Positions 1 to 13,770 of a stretch of DNA of 64,000 nucleotides are shown in pieces. Each line of letters begins with the position of its first letter. Position 1 is the first letter of the stretch. This stretch comes from Laetmonice hystrix (taxonomy: Eukaryota). The stretch covers positions 19,096,001 through 19,160,000 of the forward strand of contig OZ249445.1 of assembly GCA_965235115.1 (NCBI GenBank), written 5' to 3'. Under the pieces are notes generated by a model. The model was not told the DNA's origin. It searched no databases and saw only the letters and a program-made list of their open reading frames with translations. Both the position numbers and the translations under genes were made by a program.

Positions 1-1768
1 ATCGTGACAGAACCTTAAAACCTATCACATAGTCTCCGGGCCACTGAGAGCTCCAACCTCGTAGTTATACCAGGCCGGCGAGTACAGCTTCCCACATTTT
101 TATCGCATTCAAACATGTCTGAAGTGAACGAAAGGTATGACATGTTGTCCATGATCTCCAAAATTGGACCTACAGCTGAATCGCCAAATCAGGTGAGCCC
201 TAGAGGCGTAACCTGCATCGAAATGCCTACCATCTGTTTGTGAAGGCCACCGCTATACTATAATCTTAGACCTTTTCTCTAAAGGCTGCTTGGGCTGGAG
301 CGACGGTTGTAGACCGAGCGGCCCGAATGAAAGTGACTGATCCCGAGATAAGTGTTCTAAGCTTACATACTTACCCTCCCGCCAACCCCTAACACCGTAC
401 TACCAACGTCACCAACCCTATGTTATCCTTCTTACTAAAAGTTAATCTCCTTAGATCAAACTCCACTGAAAGGCTTTCAATGTGTTCCCAGTTCTATAGG
501 GAGAATAAAGGCTCTCTGATTGGCTGACAAAGTGATGGACGCGTTTTGGGGGACACCTGGGGAAATCATACTATAGCCGGAATGGGGGGGGGGGGCGCCA
601 GACCCCCTCCCCCCTCCCCCTCCTCCGTCTGATGCTCACCATGTCCATCATGGCTTGGATCCCTCGATGGGTGTCACTCAGGTATTCTACCCCCTCACTG
701 CCGGGGTTGTTAACAAAGAGAAGTGTGTGGGAGTCAAACACCCCCACCCTCTGGGCCAGGCTTTGTTCAGCCTGTGATAAATGGCCAAGGGTTGCCGTCG
801 GGTTGGGGAGGGGGGGGGGGGGTGGTGCCCACGGTAAAACCTTAAAAAGACCATCGGTTATCCTGGAGTCACCGGGTCTTGCGTCATTATAAAGAAGTAA
901 GACGCTCGGATGCCAACCTCATCGAGGAACTGCTCAGGGATAATGCGGGGAGGGGACTCAGTTCTTTGTGTCTACCTGTCTTTACACCATGAACAATCCC
1001 AACAAAAATTGCATTTTGTCTCGCTGTTTCATAAGTCTCATATGGCACTGCAAACATACTGCATCCTCTATGGTGAGTTGACCAATCACGGCAGTCACAG
1101 TTGTGAGGGGGTTGACACTCATACCCCAACCCCACGGTAAAAAAAAAATCTAAAATCCCATCACAGCCGATGATGCACGTTTGTTGCTGCGGTAACAATC
1201 GCTGCACTCTGTATGACCCTTCAGCATGCATCTATAGCGCCTCACAGATATTGTACCACTCGGAGCGACTCGGGAGTCGGCCGGAGAGCCAGGCGGCTGT
1301 GTGCGGGCGGTAACGTTGGTCGTGACGGGCAGTGACAGCAGGTTTTGGCCGAATGGTTACCGTCTCATGATTTACAACCGTCACGGTATGTCAGATCTGA
1401 CGCACATCATGAACACATGTCGGTATGCCCCCCCCCCTGCCTCCCACTCACAAAACGGACCAGCAACAAATACCGCACTTTTTAGCCTTTGTTTATTCTC
1501 CATACACAACACCCATGAATGAACCCATTTCATGTAAAACAAAACTGTACAGTTCTCATAGAAACCTGTGAAACACACATCCATTACCAAAAAGCAGTGG
1601 GATGTCCGGATCCCTTTTTGTTTCTATTTATAGCCCTGATCAAATTACCATGGGAATGGCCGGAATCTTATCACAGGGCCACGCACATCAATTGAAAGCA
1701 AGTCTTCAGTGTGACAAGAAAGTCTGCCCGATTGGATTAACTGCACATCAGTGGATAATTATAGCAAG

Positions 1769-2838
1769 TCACACCAGTTGATCACGCAGCATGGTCTGTT
1801 CGGTTTGCGGACCAGTGAAGCAGCACCACGGGTGTATTTCGAGAACCTTGCACTCCCCCTGATATGGGCGGTTGATGACGCCATATGGACAGGTGTGGAA
1901 GTACCTTACCCCTGACGACTTCACACCTGTGGGAGGTTGTCAACTGACATGTCTTACCGGGTGCCTTTCTGTCTGTCAGTCCTTCCTGAAGGAACTCTAG
2001 CCATGTTCTGACTTGTGTCGAGTTGTCATCAGCTGGACCTGAGCCTCCAACGTCCCTCCCACCACTGCCAATACCATCCCAGGTCCCAGTCCCTCAGCAC
2101 AACACCATTTCTCTAACACCGACTTCCACACACTGGTCCGACCATCTCATCCCACCACACAGTTTTTACTTCATCCACTTTCCAAGAGGCAATTTAATTA
2201 ACAACCTTTTAAAAAAAACCTACAACCTATTAAGGTTCAGTCCTGAAATGATTAAATTCCTTTTTACGGACAATCTAAATAATGTGTTTTCCCCTTGTAA
2301 TTATTTACCTGGCCCTGTCCATTTCACCACCGACTCCGATCTCAACTATTTCAATAATTCTGGTCCCCGTAAATTTTTATGTTAATTTACCTCCACCCGC
2401 TGCAGCCCTGTCCGAATACACAACAGACCTGCTTTTAAATTAATTTTAATATTTTAATAATCTTTAGCAATCTCTTTAATGGGTGAAACTACATGTCCCC
2501 TCCTCCTTTCCCACAGACTGGGATCTGATTCAACATAGATTCTGGTACATCCACTAAACTTCTCACATACTTTATACCCTACACCTCCCGTTCTTTCGCC
2601 TTTGCTTTGCAGACCTTGCCAGGGTTAGTGCTACCAAAGGAAGGTTTGGGAGCAGTAGCTCAATATCACGTGTTTCACGAAGAAACATTTAATAATAATA
2701 CATATAATATTACCGATTCCCACGTTTCTACTATAATAAACGTATCCTGCTTCTGGGTAAATCACATCGGAGCAGTCCTTTAATACAGTCTCCCCTCCTC
2801 ACCTCCTCGGTCTGCCTTGTCCCATTATCAAAGTGCAC
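1769..2838 (-). CDS. Candidate 3' part of a spliced gene, unknown product. Exons 2838-2803, 2428-2391, 2340-2309, 2038-1958, 1926-1769.
   Basis: All introns are GT-AG with donors GTGAG/GTAAA/GTAAA/GTAAG and compatible phases. The join reads VHFDNGTRQTEEVCCVFGQGCSGWRSESVVKWTGPGPADDNSTQVRTWLEFLQEGLTDRKAPGVKSSGVRYFHTCPYGVINRPYQGECKVLEIHPWCCFTGPQTEQTMLRDQLV*. Caveats: hand-assembled, introns of only 31 and 50 nt, weak pyrimidine tracts, no recognised homolog. Confidence 0.3.
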
Positions 2839-3302
2839 CTGATGGCCTGACCATAAACACCGTCATAAAACTCAACACTAAACATATTACCACGTTTCTT
2901 CCTTTGAATTCAGCAATTTGAACCAATTTCAATCTACTAGCACTTCACGTGTTTCATCAGTTGTCTACGAAGGAAAAGTTGACGCTCCCTGGGCAACCTC
3001 AAGTTTGGAAGGAACCGTCCCTCAAATCTGACAGATTGCTAAGAACGAGTCCTAGATATTCTTTTACTCAGTTTCCTAGATAGAAGCCAAGATGATCCCC
3101 ATGCTTAAGGAACCCATTCGCCAAACTACCGCCTAGGTTGGAGTTTCAGCAGACTGTCACCGGACTCGTACAATACCGGGGCAGGAGCTATAACACGCAT
3201 GACAGCGATGGCTGGGGGATGGGGATTCCTTCCCTCCCACTCAGCCAAACCCCCAGAGGGGGGAAACAGCACGGGCGCACGTATATGATTGGCTGATTCC
3301 TC

Positions 3303-3316
3303 GCTTCCATGGCAAC
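3303..3316. promoter_or_regulatory. RFX X-box-like motif
   Basis: GCTTCCATGGCAAC versus consensus GTTNCCATGGNAAC (one mismatch). Confidence 0.45.
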
Positions 3317-6300
3317 ACACCTTGTGCATGTCTGGTCCGGGCAGTAACAAGCAGCATGCTTTCGCACATGCTAGCATGCACGCTGCACGCATGGCAAGTC
3401 GTAACGCGGGCGGGCGGGGTGTGTTGACTCCATTGACAGGGCCCAGACTCGGCCAGCCTGGGATCTCGTTCAACATCATGTGGCAGCATGTACTGCCGCT
3501 ACATGATTAGTCTCATCCAGGTGACTGACCAATCTCACCACAACCTACAACACACACACACACACACCCACTATAACTGACTGCCAAATGGGGCCAGGAA
3601 CAAACTGATGCTCGATTGTAGATCTATAAAAAGGATGGGTAAACTTATAATATTCGATTTGTATCGGAATAGACCAGTTTGTTCTATTACCGGTTTATTA
3701 GTATCTCAACCCCGGTGCATGACAAGAAGTTCATCCCATAGACCAGACAAATAAAGAATATATTGCCTCTAAAGCAAAGGTCCTTCATTCACATAGGTGA
3801 TGAATAGGTTAAGAAAACTGTTGACATTGGACATGAAATGACTGGCTTTGTAGCTATAAATTTAACTCGCCATAATTTACATGGGAGAATGACGCTTTGT
3901 CCCCTCCCTCTTCTCGTTTGAACAGCAAAAACCCAGTTTTCATTATCCATAATTTATGGCTCATTCAAACAGTCTTTTTCTTTTCCAATTTACAATGATG
4001 TCTTAGGAAAAAGTCTATGCTTCATTGAAGCATCCACATTATTGTTAAGGTGGTCAGCCATGCAGTTGAACCGACCTGTAGAAATCTCGTTTAAAGCAAT
4101 AATAACTCCCATAAAGCTAAGAACTGAGCAATCTTACTGGACAATGGCTGAGACCAGTAATAAGTACTGGGGAGTCTTAATCACAGCACAATCTGTGAGC
4201 ATCGCTAGAAACTGCGCCAGGTGAGGCGTGACGGTCACCGTCCACAGTCACGATATGACCGGCCTACACGTGACCAATCAGGTCCTGCCCGACACGTGAC
4301 CCATCACGTCAACCTGATCAACTCCAGCTTTCTGGAGGACGAGATATGATATGGCCAGCCAACACGTGACCAGTCACATCAAGTACAACGAGGGAGTACC
4401 TGTCGTGAACCGGGTCCTCTTCAACTGGACACTGAAGTCACTCCCCCACCCACCCACCCACCAACCCCGGTCAGTCATGGAGTCAGACTCTGCCCTCCAG
4501 TTGAGGTTCATCCCAAGTTATTCCTTTTGCACTGACACTTTCTTTCCACAGAGCTCGGCAATAAATTCTGCCGGTGTTGAAGGACCACATTTATCTTCTT
4601 TCTTCCTTTCTTCCGATATTTTTTAAACTTATACAATGGTGTGTACAATCGTAACAGGCATTCCTATGCACTAAACAATGCGGGACTACACCGACCTATG
4701 ACTATGTCACAAGACGTTGCCGTTTTTCTCCATCATTCACGCCTCATACACTCTGTAATACGTTGACAGATGTTGCAAGCAATATAAACTTTAATAATTG
4801 AAAAAGGATATTTTATGCAATATGAAATAGGTCTGTCTCTGAGGCAGGAATAAAGACCGTGTAAATATATACCGGTTATGCACTTTGATCTTACGTTTAA
4901 ATTGAGAAAAGGAAATACAATTACGTAGGGAATCAGGCCCTGAAACGATGTGTAATAGTGTAATCCAGATCAATCTTATGTCATAAAGGTATGCTTTCCT
5001 TTCATCAGTTATCGTGGCTGCTTTTATCAAACATACAAAAGAAATAATCTTTTCATTTCCCACTGATCCAACCACAACAGGAAGAAAAAAAAATCTCCAG
5101 CACCTGCCGTAAAACTGGAGCTACCAAGTTTGCCGAATGATGACAAAAAAAGTTTGAAAAAATTCCGCACCAATCCTTGAGGCTTCACGAATCCGATTGG
5201 TCCAACAGGCAGCGTATGCCTCGACCCTCCATGTATAAATGATAAAGTGGGATGACGTTAGAAAAACGTCGTACCTGAGCAAGCTTTCTGTGATCCCGGG
5301 AATGTTCACATTTTAACATTGGCCGGTCCTCTCTCAACAGGTGTGTGAGTGAGCATATGGTGGTCAGCCGGGAGCAGATGGTCACAACCCGTCCTACAGC
5401 TGGTCCAGTCCCATTCAAACTCACCACTTGTAGAGGAATTTCGTCCCCAATGGATTCTGTTCGCCATGTCTTTGCCAAGTTCCTTCAAGACGATACTAAA
5501 TACCGTTCTACACGTAAAGAATTCCATCAGAATTCTGGTGGTAAAAAACACTCCCGCAAACTATAGACAATCGGTAGTTTCCCTTGGCTCAGCTGGCTGC
5601 CATCTTCACTCATGACTATACGTTTCGATCAAAGAAAAACTAACTTATTATCTTATATTACAGACACCCCCCCCCCCCCCCCACACTCCACACAAGGTTT
5701 CAAACCCACGTATAATTCAAGATGCAAAATTCAGCAAGGTTTTTAAAACAAAATTATAAAACTTCCTCTGCCATGAGTACAACTGGACCATGACATTGGT
5801 TCATAACCATGACCACAAGTTCCGTTCATATCTTTCAATACTAGATTACCTTTTTAACTGACACAGTCTCTATCTCTCTCCCACTCTCCACGTCGGGCGA
5901 CCAGTTACCTTCCACTTACCAGCCTCGAGTGTTGACTTGCGGTAGATCTTAGACCCACAAGTGGATAACAGCCTTCTTTACTTACTTTACTTCCCTGTCA
6001 TTATCCCTCACAAATAGCCTATTATATTTTGCTCCAACTCAGTGCCCCACACTACAGTGACAGTCACAACAAAGGGAATGTCTGTCAGCTATGATTACAA
6101 CTCAGTTGGGATGTTTGGCTTCACTGACAGTCCGTTCAGTACGTACAGAACGACTCACTGAGCCACTGACTCACTCTCTGTCTCTCACAGACTCAGGTTT
6201 TACTCCATTTATGACACGCGCTGCAGATCAGGAGACTAGATTTCCCTGTGGGTTTTGTAATCTGGCTTCGTGTTCCGAAAAAAAACCACCCTAAAACTAA

Positions 6301-7233
6301 GAATCTACACAGAGATGGATCCTGCATTACCGAACCTCAGCACTATACAGACATTCAGAATCAATCGTACAAATTGTTAGCGTTTACAAGCGGCCCCCAC
6401 CTCGGACACCTCCATCAGACAGCACCACCAGAGAACCACCTTGAGCTGGTGGTGGTGGTGGTACCAGAGCCGAACCCGACCCTCAGCTATCCATCAAGCC
6501 TATCTGCCTGTCGGTCCAAGTGTGACTCTGAACGCGTCAGTACTCAGTGGTCAGCACCCTGCCCCCCCTCCCCCAACTCAGTGTCCACTCTGGTCATCAA
6601 TCACCCTCACATGACAACTCACAGTATACCATCCTATCATTACACCACCGACCGTCACCCCCCCCCCCCTCCCTCCCACCCGGCCGTACTGCACCGCGGC
6701 CCGGCCGGTAACTACACCGGAACCCGACCCTCCTCTCGCTCATCACTTTTTACTGCCTGTAAATTACAACTCATTTTTTAAAGCAAAACGCGACATTATC
6801 ACACATAATAACACGAGAACGTTTACCTCACCAAGTTACTGCCCATCGGACCATTTTGTTTAAATGCTGATGGGAGTTAATTCTCCATCTGGACGGTTGT
6901 TTGGAAAATAGTGGCCTCATAAAAATGACACCTGTAGGTGATTGTTGGGGGCGATATGCGAGTAGTTTATGACACGCAATACCCATCATGTACTTCTGTC
7001 ACAAAAAACCTCCTCGTCCAGGGATATTGTTTTTATAGCAGGACACCATAGCTTCGTGTCACATCATTTTAATATTAATCTTTATGCATCACTGCGAATC
7101 TCTCAGGTGCTATTTGGGATATTGCACTGAAGAAAGGCCAGTGGATGAGGTCTCCATTACATGTTTCTATCGTTCCAACTGCTCAAGTCTGCAAAGTCAA
7201 TCTAGCATGAAAAGATCGGGAACAAGTAGTCGT

Positions 7234-8013
7234 ACACATAACCAGGCTGTAGTCACACATAACCAGGCTGTATTCACACATAACCAGGCTGTAGTCACAC
7301 ATAGCCAGGCTGTAGTCACACATAACCAGGCTGTAGTCACACATAGCCAGGCTGTAGTCACACATAACCAGGCTGTAGTCACACATAACCAGGCTGTAGT
7401 CACACATAACCAGGCTGTAGTCACACATAACCAGGCTGTAGTCACACATAGCCAGGCTGTAGTCACACATAACCAGGCTGTAGTCACACATAACCAGGCT
7501 GTAGTCACACATAACCAGGCTGTAGTCACACATAGCCAGGCTGTAGTCACACATAACCAGGCTGTAGTCACACATAGCCAGGCTGTAGTCACACATAACC
7601 AGGCTGTAGTCACACATAACCAGGCTGTATAGTCACACATAACCAGGCTGTAGTCACACATAACCAGGCTGTATAGTCACACATAACCAGGCTGTATAGT
7701 CACACATAACCAGGCTGTAGTCACACATAACCAGGCTGTAGTCACACATAACTAGGCTGTAGTCACACATAACCAGGCTGTAGTCACACATAACCAGGCT
7801 GTAGTCACACATAACTAGGCTGTAGTCACACATAACTAGGCTGTAGTCACACATAACCAGGCTGTAGTCACACATAACCAGGCTGTAGTCACACATAACC
7901 AGGCTGTAGTAACCAGGCTGTAGTCACACATAACCAGGCTGTATAGTCACACATAACCAGGCTGTATAGTCATACATAACCAGGCTGTAGTCACACATAA
8001 CCAGGCTGTAGTC
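7234..8013. repeat. 21-bp minisatellite, about 36-37 copies
   Basis: Unit CACATAACCAGGCTGTAGTCA. Variants include CATAGCC, AACTAGG and 23-bp units with GTATAGTC. Confidence 0.97.
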
Positions 8014-8196
8014 CTACCTGATGCTTAGAGATCTCTCTATGATAGTATCATGTATGACTGACATGTAACTGTCAGGGATGCCCGATACGGTAAGATACAC
8101 ACATTATTACTGAGGACATTGTTGTCGTCCTCTATACCAACAGCCTGGAGACCGTTAAACATGAGCACGTTGTGGGTCCCTGGTTCGATACCTCCC

Positions 8197-8260
8197 GGAG
8201 GTGGTGGTAGTGGTGGGGTGGTGGTGGTGGGGTGGTGGTGGTGGGGTGGTGGTGGTGGGG
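8197..8260. repeat. (GGT)n/GGGGT G-rich microsatellite, potential G-quadruplex
   Basis: About four tandem GGGGTGGTGGTGGT-like units. Confidence 0.8.
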
Positions 8261-8661
8261 TTATAAGACCTTTGGGTTCAATGGCGGGTGATGTTTTGTA
8301 GCCTTCACATGTTTTGAACCCCCCCCCCCCCGTCCACCCCCGCCGCCCCCATGCCATGCGCCTTGCCCCCTGACACCTGACATGATGTGCCCCCTCAGAC
8401 ACGTCCCCCTACATGATAACTAGACAAAGGAATGATGGCTTCCTATACGTCCACCCTACTTCACCCCCACCCGAACCCTCCTTAACCCTTCTCATGTCAA
8501 CCCTCATCTCACCCCAACAACCAGTCAAACAAAGTCCCACAAACAATGCAGTCCTCAGCACTTAAATCAAACCAAGCCATAGGCTCCTTACGTATATTAT
8601 GTCGGCAATGTTACCTAAATCACGTTCACTTCCATTGTTGTGTCCGCCCTTCAAAGTTCCA

Positions 8662-8772
8662 GTCTACCTGAGCGAACGGCAGTCCGGGAGTTATATTGAT
8701 GCCATGATAACAATACCAGGGTTGTCTTTTTACAGACGTTCAGGCGTGTTTGTAGAGATTGCGGCATCCCTC
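8662..8772 (+). mobile_element. Possible decayed LINE (CR1/L2/RTE-like) APE endonuclease fragment
   Basis: VYLSERQSGSYIDAMITIPGLSFYRRSGVFVEIAASLP resembles the LINE EN N-terminal pattern L(S/T)ETWL..I.D..I.IPG(Y)..(F)RRD..GGV...SLP. No continuous downstream RT ORF seen. Confidence 0.3.
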
Positions 8773-11700
8773 CCCCCGCCCACCCATCCTGAGATACCAG
8801 AGAGGGGGCAGTACAGGTTCACATGCTGTCTTGAACCTTTATTCGACACCTGTTTCCTGAACCTTAACCTGTGCCGAGACAGGTAAGAAAGCAGGCATTG
8901 TCAATTTTACACTCGGCAACCTTCCTTCATACAAAGAAACCCATCCATCTTCTTGATAGAGAGAAAAAAAGAGACAGTCCAAGATTCCAGAAATCACCGC
9001 TATCCTTGCATACCGCAATCTGCAACCTTTTTAACTTGGTAATAATATTTCAGAAATTGTAAGCAGAATATCTTCTTACAAATGGTGTTGGACATTTCAC
9101 CTTTCCTTAAATCATCAATATTGGTTGCTGGGAAGAAATCACTTCTCAATGTGAGATTCCCTCAGTGTGGCTGCTTGTCTCTGATATCAGACTGAGTCCG
9201 ACTAATCCCGCACAGACTTCCAACATCTGTAAACTCAGAATATGGCCTAGAACCACATCAAATACACACCGACCATTAATTACTAGCCAAGCCCTGCTGT
9301 GTACCTCTGGAGATCACTTTGTACACTGATTGTCGTCCTGTGGTCACTGACTCATCCTCAACTCTCTCCCTAATTACCGGCCATGGAGGAGGAGATTAGA
9401 GATTCTCTTACGAATTCTCCTGGCTGTCTCTCTAACATTCACTCTGTGATAACGTCACCATGAACACCTGAACAACTAACAGGATACTTTATAGTATAGT
9501 GTGTACTCCCACATCACTTGAAGCTGTGAAGATCTGCTACTTGAAAATTCAATTTTTTTTATGTTGATACGAGCGCCACCATACATGGAAATGAACACCA
9601 CAGGAAAGGGTTTACTACTTATACTGTAGGAATCGGCTTTGGTCGTTCATGAAATCGAACTCATGTTCCCTCAACCCCAACCCTGAACATTCTCCCAACA
9701 GACCCCTCAAACTGGTTTCCAAGGGGGAAAATATACCGATAATCAGATAATGTCACTTTCTTCCAACCCAAACTCACTTCTAAGCAAATCGCCATATTAC
9801 GGACCTGGCTTTTGCATGTGAGAGAGAACAAACAACATGTTAGTGGACATTGTTAGGAATCAAGGTAAGCAAGCTGTGACTGCATGACATGCAACAACAA
9901 CACTGTACAAACCACACATGTGCAGGCAGTGGAAAGGAATGCCGTGTAATACAACAATATCTTCCTATCCTACAACAACCCTGCTTTGACCCTTCCCCTG
10001 TCTGACCTTACCTTGACCTCTGCCTGTAGCTGACCTGCCTTGAGGGCTTCATGTGGAGGGGTAACCCTTAAAACCCTAACATGGAAAAAGGCCGACAAAG
10101 GCCGCACGTAGAAATATCTTCGGTTCTAAGGTAGTAACCCACTTTTATAAATCAGTTTCGCGGCCACTAAACAGATAATTAACATGGGCATTATAATGAA
10201 AACTGATTACTGAGCGAGTTACCTTTTCTGCTATACTCCTTGTAATCCCTAAGTAACTCTATCTCCCATGGGGTAATGCTCCTAAACCAAAGTCGGCCGT
10301 GCAACAATTCAATGATTCATACGATCTAATATTTGATTTCCTTAGCTCATACGGTAATTGCTAATTCAGATAATCATTTCGGGTTTAGTATTCACGAAAT
10401 AAAAAATGGCTGCTTTACTTTCCATCGGCAGAGCGAGGAAATCTCCACATTTGTCATGCCGTAAAACTTCTCTTGGGAAGTCCTGACGGTGACGGATGAC
10501 GTGTCTCATAAATAGTCCTACAACACTACAGGGTGAACCCCACCAAGTTCTCATTAAACTACAGCGTGTCACGACAACAACATAAATATGGTCTTCCCTC
10601 AGGTCCATTCTCAGACACGCCATCGTTATTATTTCTTCTGATTATGGCGGATTATGAAGTACCTGATCTTCATCAAGATTACCTCCATGTCTGCAGGGGA
10701 GCTCCCATTTGTTCTAATCTCCACTGACGCCGCTATCTTTGGCGTTCATCTAATCTCCCCTGGATTTTAATTGATGTAGAATCGTCCATAGATAAGACCA
10801 TATACGTCTGCTCTCACTCCAGCAGTATCAAAGCGTCATCATAGCGAGAACGGTCTGCCTTGGGCGGCGAGAACTCCATGATAACCCAGTGTAAACCAGG
10901 GAATATCGAAGTCTGCAGGGACAGATCAGGGACCGGGTTTCTGAGTTGCTGGTTGCAGGACATCAGTTAATCAGGAACAATAAGCTCTGGCTTCAGCAAG
11001 ATCGCGAGTTTTGAAAACCGGGGACGGATGGTAGTAGTGCTGACGGTGACAGTTGATCCTGAGAACACATCATCTTCCCTAGCTTCACATCTGCATATGA
11101 TGAATGTTGAGACGTCAAGGTGTAGCCAACAACTAATGACGTTTAATTAGGAGTAACCCGAGCCGCCAAGGTCCAGTCTGACAGTCGCCCGTGAACCCGG
11201 AGACGGCTAATGTTGGCTCGACCCGGCTTCCTCAACGTAATGAGTGCCGACCCCGCTCTCCCTCCCCTCCAAAACACCGCCTCCATTGTCTCCCCCTAAT
11301 TAAAAAGTAGTTAGTCCACCTCAATTATAGCCTACAGATATATAGCCACGGTGAAGACAATTAAACAATTCACCTCCTCAGGTGATGCATTATCAAGGTG
11401 CACTAATTACAGCATACTATGATTGTACATATATAGCTGTGCCCTAAAAACCGTTGCTTCCCCAGCACAACTTCTAGTTACTGCACATGCTGAGAGTCGA
11501 AACACTTAGGTTGATCCGGATCTATTTACAAACACCAAGAGGATTTTCAGACAAATAAAGGAAACTATACCGGAATCGAAACAGGAAATCCACATTTAAC
11601 AGACTGGCATTACAGATAGCAACAATCAGTAGTGCTTCAAACCAGGGAGGAGTGGGGGGAGGGGGGGGGGGTCTCAGCACCACCGGTCAGCCGCCCGCTC

Positions 11701-13011
11701 TTCTCACGGTTCATCCTAAATGCAGCTCTATTATATTTGAAACATGTAGTCAGCAGTAGGAGTTTGCTGAAGTGGCACCCCGGGGGTAGGCGTGGCCTCC
11801 TGGCTGACTGAGGACACTCGATACGACAATTGTCAGGACCCTGGGGGCTCCCCCCGTCCGCCCTCACTCGGCCGTCTTTGATGTCCTCTCTCACACGTCT
11901 CACCTGGCCGTCTTGAGATCTCTCCTGACCACCAGGCCCTACTGGTCCTCACCACTCGAGATTAACCCAAGGCTATTGGGCAGACACCAGGACGGGGTAG
12001 GGTAAATCAATGGGGCGTGGCACCATTGTATGTCCACAAACTTTCCATAGCGTCTTGACCACAAGACCATTCTCAAATCCATTTTCAAGTGGAAATTTTA
12101 TGTCAGAACAAAACTTTGAAAAAAACGCCTTACATTTTCCTATGTTGATTACTTCAAATTGAGCCACTCAGGGAGGGCCTTTGTAATCGCCCCATTATCT
12201 GGGGTGCGACCTGGCAGGGGGTCCTTGAATGTACCCCCATCCTGCACCCCGGATACAGTGGCAGTCGGGGCACTGATATAACCTTATCAGGGGGTCAACA
12301 ATGGCAAAATGGGCTGGCCATAACAGCTTTCTTATGATAATGATGTTCATTATGATGCGGCCATCTCCACCGTAGGAGAACCTCTACTCCAATCATGTTG
12401 TCAGGTAGTTATTTTGTAGGTGAGTTGTACTCCAAACACTGGTCACCTGGGTCATCAACACCTCCCTGCTGGCCAACCTAGCCGTATCCTATTACCTGAC
12501 CTTCTCATCGGTTCGCGACACAAAAATACAAACCCAGGTTATAACTCACAAATATCGCCTAGGAGGCTCTCATGAAGTAATTTTATTTTTTTCAACTCAA
12601 AATGTACTAAAAGTGACGTTTCGGGACGTCATATCAAATTATCAGTAGAGAGATTTTAATGTAGGGCATACCGTCAACCTTGAGACCAATCAATCCCAAT
12701 TTGCCGAATTCTAACAATAGCAGCTGGTCTGACTCTGCCCTCTGTGTCCTATAGACCAACAATAACCAGGATCCTCACACCAGCACGGTAAGACTATCAA
12801 CTGAAGCGATACGGTTTCCTGGACTCCTGTAATTTCTACACAGCAACTCCATGCTACACCGTGGTGATTTAAGACAATTTCAAACTGCATTGCATGCAAA
12901 AATAATCCTGTTATTCACAACGCTATTTTGCCAATTTACTATTTTTAACTTCTGCCAAGGAAACCCACAAACTTCCATGTAATCTGTGTCAGTGACGCCC
13001 CAGAACATTAC

Positions 13012-13132
13012 CCGGCGATCTCATGAAGATCCGCAGTGCCTGAAACCTGACAAAGGCGCCAGCTCCCACTGCGAGGCCGCAGTGTCCAGTGACGTAACAC
13101 TTAAATCCTCTCAGGCCCTCCAAGGCCGGAGC
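13012..13132 (-). CDS. Candidate internal exon, unknown protein
   Basis: Acceptor CTCCTCCCGCCAG, donor GG/GTAATG. Only one frame is open: APALEGLRGFKCYVTGHCGLAVGAGAFVRFQALRIFMRSP. No homolog recognised. Confidence 0.3.
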
Positions 13133-13289
13133 CTGGCGGGAGGAGCGTCCTCAGCCCCGGATCGTGAGGCCCTCCTCGCCTCCACTTCCCGACCCACCCA
13201 TCCTTACACAATCACACAATTAATTCCCCGCCTTCGTTTGGCGAACTCCTTCTCCCTCAGTACTTATAAAATGCTTTGTCATGGACCGC

Positions 13290-13770
13290 GGGACAACAGC
13301 GTCCCCGTCACGTAGTCCGTGATGTTCGTGCGGTTCGTGCCAACTAGAACCTACGTCATGTACTGCGGCCAGCATCACCCGGCGTCATGGCGACTACCAT
13401 CACCACGTTAGAAACCCAACACGTGAAAACTGCACGGGGTCGCTCCAGGGAAACTTTCGCGACTTTTCATCTGAAAACGGCACCAACAACGAAATCTGCA
13501 GGTGTAGATTTGTACGCGTGTCCCCAATTCAATGGAACTGGATCATCAACGAAAGAAGAACGCAGGAATCGTTCCTGGTTAACTATTCACGCCAATATTA
13601 CCACAGAAAAATTCCAAGGCCTAACCTTTATGAGATTCACTACTCTGTTTCGCGGCAACAATATACAGTACATGTAATAACATCTTGGTAGAAAAGACTT
13701 TTTATCGCCTCTTGCTCGCGAACAATGATAAAACTTAAGAAGACATTCAGAGCGAACGCGCGACAATACA
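13290..13770. promoter_or_regulatory. CpG-rich segment, possible promoter or first exon
   Basis: Locally dense CG dinucleotides (e.g. CTCGCGAAC, GCGAACGCGCGAC). A GTCATGGCG start in good context sits at 13387. Confidence 0.25.

Noticed and set aside
115-192. Plus-strand ATG exon MSEVNERYDMLSMISKIGPTAESPNQ with CAG/GTGAG donor
   Set aside because: The antisense frame is equally open with its own acceptor, and there is no homolog or linked next exon, so the strand cannot be decided.
7084-7896. ORFs of 80-182 aa (VVTHNQA / CDYSLVM repeats)
   Set aside because: They lie in the 21-bp minisatellite, are open on both strands because the unit lacks stops, and have no non-repetitive coding context.
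8290-8320. TCEGYK resembling the nuclear receptor TCEGCK motif
   Set aside because: It lacks the second Cys and the surrounding C4 finger, and it runs into a G-rich microsatellite.
11674-11695. TCAGCACCACCGGTCAGC resembling an RE1/NRSE site
   Set aside because: Wrong spacing and a mismatch in the right half; REST relevance in this taxon is unknown.
11961-12170. TTAA-CCC start suggesting a piggyBac end
   Set aside because: No matching inverted terminus found downstream.
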